A stretch of DNA of 64,000 nucleotides from Eledone cirrhosa (lineage: Eukaryota): NCBI GenBank assembly GCA_964016885.1, contig OZ024740.1, positions 418,748,001 through 418,812,000 on the forward strand. The letters run 5' to 3'. Position 1 is the stretch's first letter. Each line of letters starts with the position of its first letter. Below are positions 32,901 through 47,900 of this stretch, one piece after another. The notes under the pieces were generated by a model, which saw nothing but the letters and a program-made list of their open reading frames with translations, was not told the origin of the DNA and searched no databases. The position numbers and the translations under genes are program-made.

Positions 32901-35900
32901 AGTAGTACGTCTAAGACTATAGTAGTATATCTAAGGTTATAGTAGTATATCTAAGAATATAGTAGTACATCTAAGACTATAGTAGTATATCTAAGACTAA
33001 GTAGTATATCTAAGACTATAGTAGTACATCTAAGACAATAGTAGTACATCTAAGGCTATAGTAGTATATCTAAAACTGTAGTAGAACATCTAAGACTATA
33101 GTAGTACATCTAAGACTATAGTAGTACATCTAAGACTATAGTAGTATATCTAAGACTATAGTAATATATCTAAGAACATAGTACTACATTTAAGACTATA
33201 GTAGTATATCTAGGACTATGGTAGTACATCTAAGACTATAGTAGTATATCTAAGACTGTAGTAGTATATCTAAGACTATAGTAGTATATCTAAGACTATA
33301 GTAGTACATCTAAAACTATAGTAGTATATCTAAGACTATAGTAGTATAACTAAGACTGTAGTAGTATTTCTAAGACTATAGTAGTACATCTAAGACTATA
33401 GTAGTACATCTAAGAATATAGTAGTACATCTAAGACTGTAGTAGTACATCTAAGACTATAGTAGTATATCTAAGATTATAGTAGTAAATCTGAGACTGTA
33501 GTAGTACATCTAATACTATAGTAGTATATCTAAGACTGTAGTAATATATCTAAAACTGTAGTAGTACATCTAAGACTATAGTAGTAAATATGTGACTATA
33601 GTAGTAAATATGTGACTATAGTATTACATCAAAGACTGTAGTAGTACATCAAAGACTATAGTAGTACATCTAAGACTATAGTAGTATATCTAAGACTATA
33701 GTAGTATATCTAAGATTATAGTAGTAAATCTGAGACTGTAGTAGTATATTTAAGCCACTAGTAGTACATCTAAGACTATAGTAGTATATCTAAGACTGTA
33801 GTAGTACATCTAAGACTATAGTAGTAAATATGTGACTATAGTAGTATATCTAAAACTGTAGTAGTACATCTAAGACTATAGTAGTACATCTAAGACTATA
33901 GTAGAATATCTAAGACTATAGTAGTACATCTAAGACTATAGTAGTAAATATGTGACTATAGTAGTACATCTAAGACTATAGTAGTACATCTAAGACTATA
34001 GTAGTATATCTAAGACTATAGTAGTACATCTAAGGCTATAATAGTATATCTAAGACTATAGTTGTATATCTAAGACTATAGTAGTACATCTAAGGCTATA
34101 GTAGTATATCTAAGACTATAGTAGTACATCTAAGACTATAGTAGTACATCTAAGACTATAGTAGTATATCTAAGACTATAGTAGTAATTCAAGAATATAG
34201 TAGTATATCTAAGACTATAGTAGTATATCTAAGCCTATAGTAGTATATCTAAGACTATAGTAGTATATCTAAGACTGTAATAGTATATCTAAGACTATAG
34301 TTGTATATCTAAGACTGTAGTAGTATATCTAAGACTATAGTAGTATATCTAAGACTATAGTAGTATATCTAAGACTGTAGTAGTATATCTAAGACTATAG
34401 TAGTATATCTAAGACTATAGTAGTGTATCTAAGACTGTAGTAGTATGTCTAAGACTATAGTAGTATATCTAAGAGTATAGTAGTACATCTAAGACTATAG
34501 TAGTATATGTAAGACTATAGTAGTACATCTAAGACTATAGTAGTATATCTACGACTATAGTAGTATATCTAAGAGTATAGTAGTACATCTAAGTCTATAG
34601 TAGTATATCTAAGAGTATAGTAGTATATCTAAGACTAAGTAGTATATCTAAGACTATAGTAGTACATCTAAGACTATAGTAGTACATCTAAGACGATAGT
34701 AGTACATCTAAGACTATAGTAGTATATCTAAGACTATAGTTGTATATCTAAGAGTATAGTAGTACATCGAAGACTATAGTAGTACATCTAAGATTATAGT
34801 AGTACATCTAAGACTATAGTAGTACATCTAAGACAATAGTAGTATATCTAAGACTATGGTAGTATATCAAAGACTAAGTAGTATATCTAAGACTATAGTA
34901 GTACGTCTAAGACTATAGTAGTATATCTAAGGTTATAGTAGTATATCTAAGAATATAGTAGTACATCTAAGACTATAGTAGTATATCTAAGACTACGTAG
35001 TATATCTAAGACTATAGTAGTACATCTAAGACAATAGTAGTACATCTAAGGCTATAGTAGTATATCTAAAACTGTAGTAGTACATCTAAGACTATAGTAG
35101 TACATCTAAGACTATAGTAGTACATCTAAGACTATAGTAGTACATCTAAGACTATAGTAGTATATCTAAGACTATAGTAATATATCTAAGAACATAGTAC
35201 TACATTTAAGACTATAGTAGTATATCTAGGACTATGGTAGTACATCTAAGACTATAGTAGTATATCTAAGACTGTAGTAGTATATCTAAGACTATAGTAG
35301 TATATCTAAGACTATAGTAGTACATCTAAGACTATAGTAGTATATCTAAGACTATAGTAGTATAACTAAGACTGTAGTAGTATTTTTAAGACTATAGTAG
35401 TACATCTAAGACTATAGTAGTACATCTAAGAATATAGTAGTACATCTAAGACTGTAGTAGTACATCTAAGACTATAGTAGTATATCTAAGATTATAGTAG
35501 TAAATGTGAGACTGTAGTAGTACATCTAATACTATAGTAGTATATCTAAGACTGTAGTAATATATCTAAAACTGTAGTAGTACATCTAAGACTATAGTAG
35601 TAAATATGTGACTATAGTAGTAAATATGTGACTATAGTAGTACATCAAAGACTGTAGTAGTACATCAAATACTATAGTAGTACATCTAAGACTATAGTAG
35701 TATATCTAAGACTATAGTAGTATATCTAAGATTATAGTAGTAAATCTGAGACTGTAGTAGTATATTTAAGCCACTATTAGTACATCTAAGACTATAGTAG
35801 TATATCTAAGACTGTAGTAGTACATCTAAGACTATAGTAGTAAATATGTGACTATAGTAGTATATCTAAAACTGTAGTAGTACATCTAAGACTATAGTAG

Positions 35901-38900
35901 TACATCTAAGACTATAGTAGAATATCTAAGACTATAGTAGTACATCTAGGACTATAGTAGTAAATATGTGACTATAGTAGTACATCTAAGACTATAGTAG
36001 TACATCTAAGACTATAGTAGTATATCTAAGACTATAGTAGTACATCTAAGGCTATAATAGTATATTTAAGACTATAGTTGTATATCTAAGACTATAGTAG
36101 TACATCTAAGGCTATAGTAGTATATCTAAGACTATAGTAGTACATCTAAGACTATAGTAGTACATCTAAGACTATAGTAGTATATCTAAGACTATAGTAG
36201 TAATTCAAGAATATAGTAGTATATCTAAGACTATAGTAGTATATCTAAGCCTATAGTAGTATATCTAAGACTATAGTAGTATATCTAAGACTGTAATAGT
36301 ATATCTAAGACTATAGTAGTATATCTAAGACTGTAGTAGTATATCTAAGAGTATAGTAGTACATCTAAGACTATAGTAGTATATGTAAGACTATAGTAGT
36401 ACATCTAAGACTATAGTAGTATATCTAAGACTATAGTAGTATATCTAAGAGTATAGTAGTACATCTAAGACTATAGTAGTATATCTAAGAGTATAGTAGT
36501 ACATCTAAGACTATAGTAGTATATCTAAGACTATAGTAGTACATCTAAGACTATAGTAGTACATCTAAGACTATAGTAGTATATCTAAGACTATAGTAGT
36601 ATATCTAAGACTAAGTAGTATATCTAAGACTATAGTAGTACATCTAAGACTATAGTAGTACATCTAAGACGATAGTAGTACATCTAAGACTATAGTAGTA
36701 TATCTAAGACTATAGTTGTATATCTAAGAGTATAGTAGTACATCTAAGACTATAGTAGTACATCTAAGGCTATAGTAGTACATCTATGACTATAGTAGTA
36801 CATCTAAGACTATAGTAGTATATCTAAGACTGTAGTAGTACATCTAAGACTGTAGTAGTACATCTCAGACTATAGTAGTAAATCTTCGACTATAGTAGTA
36901 TATCTAAGACTATAGTAGTATATCTAAGACTACAATAGTACATCTAAGACTATAGTAGTATATCCAAGACTATAGTAGTATATCTAAGACTATAGTAGTA
37001 TATCTAAGACTATATTAGTACATCTAAGACTATAGTAGTACATCTAAGACTATAGTAGTATATCCAAGACTATAGTTGTATATCTAAGACTATAGTAGTA
37101 TATCTAAGACTATAGTAGTATATCTAAGACTATAGTAGTACATCTAAGACTATAGTAGTATATCTAAGACTATAGTAGTATATCTAAGACTATAGTAGTA
37201 TATCTAAGACTATAGTAGTACATCTAAGACTGTAGTAGTATATCTAATACTATAGTAGTACATCTAAGACTATAGTAATATATCTAAGACTGTAGTAGTA
37301 CATCTAAGACTATAGTAGTACATCTAAGTCTATAGTTGTATATCTAAAACTATAGTTGTACATCTAAAACTATAGTAGTACATCTAAGACTATAGTAGTA
37401 TATCTAAGACTATCGTAGTACATCTAAGACTATAGTAGTAAATCTGAGACAATAGTAGTACATCTAAGACTATAGTAGTCCATCGAAGCCTCTAGTAGTA
37501 CATTGAAGACTATAGTAGTATATCTAAGACTATAGTAGTATATCTAAGACTATAGTAGTAAATCTGAGACTATAGTAGTACATCTAAGACTATACTAGTA
37601 TATCTAGGACTATAGTCGTAAATCTGAGACTATATTAGTAAATATGAGACTATAGTAGTACAGCTAAGACTGTAGTAGTATATCTAAGACTATACTAGTA
37701 CATCTAAGACTATATTAGTACATCTAAGACTTTAGAAGTATATCTAAGACTATAGTAGTAAATCTGAGACTATAGTAGTACATCTAAGACTATACTAGTA
37801 CATCTAAGACTATAGTAGTACATCTAAGACTATAGTAGTATATCTAAGACTATACTAGTACATCTAAGACTGTAGTAGTATATCTAAGGGTATAGTAGTA
37901 ACTCTAAGACTATAGTAGTATATCTAAGACTATAGTAGTATATCTAAGACTATAGTAGTATATCTAAGACTATAGTAGTACATCTAAGATTATAGTAGTA
38001 CATCTAAGACTATAGTAGTATATCCAAGACTGTATTAGTACATCTAAGACTATAGTAGTAAATCTGAGACTATAGTAGTACATCTAAGACTATAGTAGTA
38101 CATCTAAGACTATAGTAGTTTATCTAAGATTATAGTAGTACATCTAAGACTATAGTAGTACATCTAAGACTATAGTAGTAAATCTGAGACTATAGTAGTA
38201 CATCTAAGACAATATTAGTACATCTAAGACTATAGTAGTATATCTAGGACTATAGTAGTACATCTAAGACAATAGTAGTATATCTAAGACTATGGTAGTA
38301 TATCAAAGACTAAGTAGTATATCTAAGACTATAGTAGTACATCTAAGACTATAGTAGTATAGCTAAGGCTATAGTAGTGTATCTAAGACTATAGTAGTAC
38401 ATCTAAGACTATAGTAGTACATCTAAGACTGTAGTAGTACATCTAAGACTATAGTAGTATATCTAAGACTATAGTAGTATATCTAAGACTATAGTAGTAC
38501 ATCTAAGACTATAGTAGTATATCTAAGACTGTAGTAGTATATCTAAGACTATAGTAGTACATCTAAGACTATAGTAGTATATCTAAGTCTATAGTAGTAT
38601 AACTAAGACTGTAGTAGTATTTCTAAGACTACAGTAGTACATCTAAGACTATAGTAGTACATCTAAGACTGTAGTAGTACATCTAAGACTATAGTAGTAT
38701 ATCTAAGATTATAGTAGTAAATCTGAGACTGTAGTAGTATGTCTAAGACTATAGTAGTATATCTAAGATTATAGTAGTAAATCTGAGACTGTAGTAGTAT
38801 ATCTAAGACTATAGTAGTACATCTAAGACTATAGTAGTAAATATGTGACTATAGTAGTACATCTAAGACTGTAGTAGTACATCTAAGACTATAGTAGTAC

Positions 38901-41900
38901 ATCTGAGACTATAGTAGGATATCTAAGACTATAGTAGTACATCCAAGACTATAGTAGTATATCTAAGACTATAGTAGTACATCTAAGACTATAGTAGTAT
39001 ATCTAAGACTATAGTAGTATATCTAAGACTATAGTAGTACATCTAAGACTATAGTAGTATATCTAAGACTATAGTAGTATATCTAAGACTATAGTAGTAC
39101 ATCTAAGACTATAGTAGTAAATCTGAGACTATAGTAGTACATCTAAGACTATAGTAGTCTATCTAAGACTATAGTAGAATATCTAAGACCATAGTAGTAC
39201 ATCTAAGACTGTAGTAGTATATCTAAGGCTATAGTAGTACATCTAAGACAATAGTAGTATATCTAAGACTGTAGTAGTACATCTAAGACTATACTAATTC
39301 ATCTAAGACTATAATTGTATATCTAAGACTATAGTAGTATATTCAAGCCTCTAGTAGTACATCTAAGACTATAGTAGTATATCTAAGATTATAGTAGTAC
39401 ATCTAAGACTATAGTAGTACATCTAAGACTATAGTAGTACATCTAAGACTATAGTAGTACATCTAAGACTATAGTAGTATATCTAAGATTATAGTAGTAC
39501 ATCTAAGACTATAGTAGTACATCTAAGACAATAGTAGTATATCTAAGACTGTAGTAGTACATCTAAGACTATAGTAGTACATCTAAGACTATAGTAGTAT
39601 ATCTAAGACTAAGTAGTATATCTAAGACAATAGTAGTATATCTAAGACTGTAGTAGTACATCTAAGACTATAGTAGTACATCTAAGAGTATAGTAGTACA
39701 TCTAAGACTATAGTAGTATATCTAAGACTAAGTAGTGTATCTAAGACTATAGTAGTACATCTAAGACTATAGTAGTATATCTAAGGCTATAGTAGTATAT
39801 CTAAGACTAAGTAGTATATCTAAGACTATAGTAGTACATCTAAGATAATAGCAGTACATCTAAGGCTATAGTAGTATATCTAAGACTGTAGTAGTACATC
39901 TAAGATTATAGTAGTACATCTAAGACTATAGTAGTACATCTAAGACTATAGTAGTACATCTAAGACTATAGTAGTACATCTAAGACTATAGTAGTATATC
40001 TAAGACTATAGTAATATATCTAAGACCATAGTACTACATTTAAGACTATAGTAGTATATCTAATTATATAGTAGTACATCTAAGACTATAGTAGTATATC
40101 TAAGACTGTAGTAGTATATCTAAGACTATAGGAGTATATCTAAGACTATAGTAGTACATCTAAGACTATAATAGTATAACTAAGATTGTAGTAGTATATC
40201 TAAGACTATAGTAGTACATCTAAGACTATAGTAGTACATCTAAGACTGTAGTATTACATCTAAGACTATAGTAGTATATCTAAGACTATAGTAGTATATC
40301 TAAGACTATAGTAGTATATCTAAGACTATAGTAGTATATCTAAGATTATAGTAGTAAATCTAAGACTGTAGTAGTATATCTAAGACTATAGTAGTATATC
40401 TAAGATTATAGAAGTAAATCTGAGACTGTAGTAGTATATCTAAGACTATAGAAGTACATCTAAGACTATAGTAGTATATCTAAGACTATAGTAGTATATC
40501 TAAGACTATAGTAGTATATCTAAGACTATAGTAGTACATCTAAGACTATAGTAGTATATCTAAGACTATAGTAGTATATCTAAGACTATAGTAGTACATC
40601 TAAGACTATAGTAGTATATCTAAGACTATAGTAGTATATCTAAGACTATAGTAGTACATCTAAGACTATAGTAGTAAATCTGAGACTATAGTAGTACATC
40701 TAAGACTATAGTAGTCTATCTAAGACTATAGTAGTATATCTAAGACTATAGTAGTATATATAAGACTATAGTAGTACATCTAAGACTATAGTAGTATATC
40801 TAAGACTGTAGTAGTATATCTAAGACTGTAGTAGTATATCTAAGACTGTAGTAGTACATCTCAGACTATAGTAGTAAATCTAAGACTATAGTAGTATATC
40901 TAAGACTATAGTAGTATATCTAAGACTATAGTAGTACATCTAAGACTATAGTAGTATATCTAAGACTATAGTAGTATATCTAAGACTATAGTAGTATATC
41001 TAAGACTATAGTAGTACATCTAAGACTATAGTAGTATATCTAAGACTATAGTAGTATATCTAAGACTATAGTAGTATATCTCAGACTATCGTATTACATC
41101 TAAGACTGTAGTATATCTAAGACTATAGTAGTACAACTAAGACTATAGTAGTATATCTAAGACTGTAGTAGTACATCTAAGACTATAGTAATTCATCTAA
41201 GACTATATTTGTATATCTAAAACTATAGTAGTACATCTAAGACTATAGTAGTAAATCTGAGACTATAGTAGTACATCTGAGACTATAGTAGTAAATCTGA
41301 AACTATAGTAATACATCTAAGACAATATTAGTACATCTAAGTTTATAGTAGTACATCTAAGACTATAGTAGTATATCTAAGACTAAGTAGCATATCTAAG
41401 ACTATAGTATTACATCTAAGACAATAGCAGTACATCTAAGGCTATAGTAGTATATCTAAGACTGTAGTAGTACATCTAAGACTATAGTAGTACATCTAAG
41501 ACTATAGTAGTACATCTAAGACTATAGTAGTATATCTAAGACTATAGTAATATATCTAAGACCATAGTACTACATTTAAAAATATAGTAGTATATCTAGG
41601 ACTATAGTAGTACATCTAAGACTATAGTAGTATATCTAAGACTGTAGTAGTATATCTAAGACTGTAGTAGTATATCTAAGACTATAGTAGTACATCTAAG
41701 ACTATAGTAGTACATCTAAGACTATAGTAGTAAATATGTAACTATAGTAGTACATCTAAGACTGTAGTAGTATATCTAAGACTATAGTAGTACATCTAAG
41801 ACTATAGTAGTATATCTAAGACTATAGTAGTACATCTAAGACTATAGTAGTACATCTAAGACTATAGTAGTACATCTAAGACTATAGTAGTATATCTAAG

Positions 41901-44900
41901 ACTATAGTAATATATCTAAGACCATAGTACTACATTTAAGACTGTAGTAGTATATCTAAGACTATAGTAGTACATCTAAGACTATAGTAGTATATCTAAG
42001 ACTGTAGTAGTATACCTAAGACTATAGGAGTATATCTAAGACTATAGTAGTACATCTAAGACTATAGTAGTATAACTAAGACTGTAGTAGTATATCTAAG
42101 ACTATAGTAGTACATCTAAGACTATAGTAGTACATCTAAGACTGTAGTATTACATCTAAGACTATAGTAGTATATCTAAGATTATAGTAGTAAATCTAAG
42201 ACTGTAGTAGTATATCTAAGACTATAGTAGTATATCTAAGATTATAGTAGTAAATCTGAGACTGTAGTAGTATATCTAAGACTATAGTAGTCCATCTAAG
42301 ACTATAGTAGTAAATATGTGACTATAGTAGTACATCTAAGACTGTAGTAGTATATCTAAGTCTATAGTAGTACATCTAAGACTATAGTAGTATATCTAAG
42401 ACTATAGTAGTATATCTAAGACTATAGTAGTATATCTAAGATTATAGTAGTAAATCTAAGACTGTAGTATTATATCTAAGACTATAGTAGTATATCTAAG
42501 ATTATAGTAGTAAATCTGAGACTGTAGTAGTATATCTAAGACTATATTAGTACACCTAAAACTATAGTAGTATATCTAAGACTATAGTAGTATATCTAAG
42601 ACTATAGTAGTATATCTAAGACTATAGTAGTACATCTGAGACTATAGTAGTATATCTAAGACTATAGTAGTATATCTAAGACTATAGTAGTATATCTAAG
42701 ACTATAGTAGTATATCTAAGACTATAGTAGTATATCTAAGACTATAGTAGTACATCTAAGGCTATTGTAGTAAATCTGAGACTATAGTAGTACATCTAAG
42801 ACTATAGTAGTCTATCTAAGACTATAGTAGTATATCTAAGACTATAGTAGTATATATAAGACTATAGTAGTACATCTAAGAGTGTAGTAGTACGTCTCAG
42901 ACTATAGTAGTAAATCTCAGACTATAGTAGTATATCTAAGACTATAGTAGTATATCTAAGACTATAGTAGTACATCTAAGACTATAGTAGTATATCTAAG
43001 ACTATAGTAGTATATCTAAGACTATAGTAGTATATCTAAGACTATAGTAGTATATCTAAGACTATAGTAGTACATCTAAGACTATAGTAGTATATCTAAG
43101 ACTATATTAGTATATCTAAGACTATAGTAGTATATCTAAGACTATAGTAGTACATCTAAGACTGTAGTAGTATATCTAAGACTGTAGTAGTACATCTAAG
43201 ACTATAGTAATTCATCTAAGACTATAGTTGTATATCTAAAACTATAGTAGTACATCTAAGACTATAGTAGTAAATCTGAGACTATAGTAGTACATCTGAG
43301 ACTATAGTAGTAAATCTAAGACTATAGTAGTACATCTGAGACTATATTACTAAATCTAAGACTATAGTAGTACATCTAAGATTATAGTAGTACATCTAAG
43401 ACTATAGTAGTATATCTAAGACTTTAGTAATATATCTAAGAACATAGTACTACATTTAAGACTATAGTAGTATATTTAGGACTATAGTAGTACATCTAAG
43501 ACTATAGTAGTATATCTAAGACTGTAGTAGTATATCTAAAACTATAGTAGTATATCTAAGACTATAGTAGTACATCTAAGACTATAGTAGTATATCTAAG
43601 ACTATAGTAGTATAACTAAGACTGTAGTAGTATTTCTAAGACTATAGTAGTACATCTAAGACTATAGTAGTACATCTAAAACTGTAGTAGTATGTCTAAG
43701 ACTATAGTAGTATATCTAAGATTATAGTAGTATATCTAAGACTATAGTAGTATATCTAAGACTATAGTTGTATATCTAAGACTATAGTAGTATATCTAAG
43801 ACTATAGTAGTATATCTAAGATTATAGTAGTAAATGTGAGACTGTAGTAGTATATCTAAAACTATAGTAGTACATCTAAGACTATAGTAGTAAATATGTG
43901 ACTATAGTAGTACATCTAAGACTGCAGTAGTACATCTAAGACTATAGTAGTACATCTAAGACTATAGTAGGATATCTAAGACTACAGTAGTACATCTAAG
44001 ACTATAGTAGTATATCTAAGACTATAGTAGTATATCCAAGACTATAGTAGTATATCTAAGACTATAGTAGTACATCTAAGACTATAGTAGTATATCTAAG
44101 ACTATAGTAGTATATCTAAGACTATAGTAGTACATCTAAGACTATAGTAGTATATCTAAGACTATAGTAGTATATCTAAGACTATAGTAGTATATCTAAG
44201 ACTATAGTAGTACATCTAAGACTATAGTAGTATATCTAAGACTATAGTAGTACATCTAAGACTATAGTAGTACATCTAAGACTATAGTAGTATATCTAAG
44301 ACTATAGTAGTATATCTAAGACTATAGTTGTATATCTAAGACTATAGTAGTATATCTAAGACTATAGTAGTATATCTAAGATTATAGTAGTAAATGTGAG
44401 ACTGTAGTAGTATATCTAAGACTATAGTAGTACATCTAAGACTATAGTAGTATATCTAAGACTATAGTAGTATATCTAAGACTATAGTAGTACATCTAAG
44501 ACTATAGTAGTATATCTAAGACTACAGTAGTATATCTAAGACTATAGTAGTATATCTAAGACTATAGTAGTACATCTAAGACTATAGTAGTATATCTAAG
44601 ACTGTAGTCGTACATCTAAGACTATAGTAATTCATCTAAGACTATAGTTGTATATCTAAAACTATAGCAGTACATCTAAGACTATAGTAGTAAATCTGAG
44701 ACTATAGTAGTACATCTGAGACTATAGTAGTAAATCTGAGACTATAGTAGTACATCTAAGACAATAGTAGTACATCTAAGATTATAGTAGTACATCTAAG
44801 ACTATAGTAGTATATCTAAGACTAAGTTGTATATCTAAGACTATAGTAGTACATCTAAGACAATAGCAGTACATCTAAGGCTATAGTAGTATATCTAAGA

Positions 44901-47900
44901 CTGTAGTAGTACATCTAAGACTATAGTAGTACATCTAAGACTATAGTAGTACATCTAAGACTATAGTAGTACATCTAAGACTATAGTAGTATATCTAAGA
45001 CTATAGTAATATATCTAAGACCATAGTACTACATTTAAAACTATAGTACTACATCTAACACTATAGTAGTATATCTAAGACTGTAGTAGTATATCTAAGA
45101 CTGTGGTAGTATATCTAAGACTATAGTAGTACATCTAAGACTATAGTAGTACATCTAAGACTATAGTAGTAAATATGTAACTATAGTAGTACATCTAAGA
45201 CTGTAGTAGTATATCTAAGACTATAGTAGTACATCTAAGACTATAGTAGTATATCTAAGACTATAGTAGTACATCTAAGACGATAGTAGTATATCTAAGA
45301 CTATAGTAGTATATCTAAGTCTATAGTAGTATATCTAAGACTATAGTAGTACATCTAACACTATAGTAGTATATCTAAGACTATAGTAGTATATCTAAGA
45401 CGATAGTAGTACATCTAAGACTATAGTAGTATATCTAAGACTATAGTAGTATATCTAAGACTATAGTAGTACATCTAAGGCTATTGTAGTAAATCTGAGA
45501 CTATAGTAGTACATCTAAGACTATAGTAGTATATCTAAGACTGTAGTAGTATATCTAAACTATAGTAATATATCTAAGACCATAGTACTACATTTAAAAC
45601 TATAGTAGTAAATCTAAGACTATAGTAGTACATCTAAGACTATAGTAGTATATCTAAGACTATAGTAATACATCTAAGGCCATAGTACTACATTTAAAAC
45701 TATAGTAGTATATCTAGGACTATAGTAGTACATCTAAGACTATAGTAGTATATCTAAGACTGTAGTAGTATATCTAAGACTGTAGTAGTATATCTAAGAC
45801 TATAGTAGTACATCTAAGACTATAGTAGTACATCTAAGACTATAGTAGTAAATATGTAACTATAGTAGTACATGTAAGACTGTAGTAGTATATCTAAGAC
45901 TATAGTAGTACATCTAAGACTATAGTAGTATATCTAAGACTAAGTAGTACATCTAAGACTATAGTAGTACATCTAAGACTATAGTAGTATATCTAAGGCT
46001 ATAGTAGTATATCTAAGACTATAGTAGTATATCTAAGACTATAGTAGTATATCTAAGACTATAGTAGTACATCTAAGACTATAGTAGTATATCTAAGACT
46101 ATATTAGTATATCTAAGACTATAGTAGTATATCTAAGACTATAGTAGTACATCTAAGACTGTAGTAGTATATCTAAGACTGTAGTAGTACATCTAAGACT
46201 ATAGTTATTCATCTAAGACTATAGTTGTATATCTAAAACTATAGTAGTACATCTAAGACTATAGTAGTAAATCTGAGACTATAGTAGTACATCTGAGACT
46301 ATATTAGTAAATCTAAGACTATAGTAGTACATCTAAGACTATAGTAGTACATCTAAGACTATAGTAGTATATCTGAGACTATATTAGTAAATCTAAGACT
46401 ATAGTAGTACATCTAAGACTATAGTAGTACATCTAAGACTATAGTAGTATATCTAAGACTTTAGTAATATATCTAAGAACATAGTACTACATTTAAGACT
46501 ATAGTAGTATATCTAGGACTATAGTAGTACATCTAAGACTATAGTAGTATATCTAAGACTGTAGTAGTATATCTAAGACTATAGTAGTATATCTAAGACT
46601 ATAGTAGTACATCTAAGACTATAGTAGTATATCTAAGACTATAGTAGTATAACTAAGACTGTAGTAGTATTTCTAAGACTATAGTAGTACATCTAAGACT
46701 ATAGTAGTACATCTAAGACTGTAGTAGTACATCTAAGACTATAGTAGTATATCTAAGATTATAGTAGTAAATCTGAGACTGTAGTAGTATGTCTAAGACT
46801 ATAGTAGTATATCTAAGATTATAGTAGTAAATCTGAGACTGTAGTAGTATATCTAAGACTATAGTAGTACATCTAAGACTATAGTAGTAAATATGTGACT
46901 ATAGTAGTACATCTAAGACTGCAGTAGTACATCTAAGACTATAGTAGTACATCTAAGACTATAGTAGGATATCTAAGACTATAGTAGTACATCTAAGACT
47001 ATAGTAGTATATCTAAGACTATAGTAGTATATCCAAGACTATAGTAGTATATCTAAGACTATAGTAGTACATCTAAGACTATAGTAGTATATCTAAGACT
47101 ATAGTAGTATATCTAAGACTATAGTAGTACATCTAAGACTATAGTAGTATATCTAAGACTATAGTAGTATATCTAAGACTATAGTAGTATATCTAAGACT
47201 ATAGTAGTACATCTAAGACTATAGTAGTATATCTAAGACTATAGTAGTACATCTAAGACTATAGTAGTACATCTAAGACTATAGTAGTATATCTAAGACT
47301 ATAGTAGTATATCTAAGACTATAGTAGTATATCTAAGACTATAGTAGTATATCTAAGACTATAGTAGTATATCTAAGATTATAGTAGTAAATGTGAGACT
47401 GTAGTAGTATATCTAAGACTATAGTAGTACATCTAAGACTATAGTAGTATATCTAAGACTATAGTAGTATATCTAAGACTATAGTAGTATATCTAAGACT
47501 ATAGTAGTACATCTAAGACTGTAGTAGTATATCTAAGACTATAGTAGTACATCTAAGACTATAGTAGTATATCTAAGACTGTAGTCGTACATCTAAGACT
47601 ATAGTAATTCATCTAAGACTATAGTTGTATATCTAAAACTATAGCAGTACATCTAAGACTATAGTAGTAAATCTGAGACTATAGTAGTACATCTGAGACT
47701 ATAGTAGTAAATCTGAGACTATAGTAGTACATCTAAGACAATAGTAGTACATCTAAGATTATAGTAGTGCATCTAAGACTATAGTAGTATATCTAAGACT
47801 AAGTTGTATATCTAAGACTATAGTAGTACATCTAAGACAATAGCAGTACATCTAAGGCTATAGTAGTATATCTAAGACTGTAGTAGTACATCTAAGACTA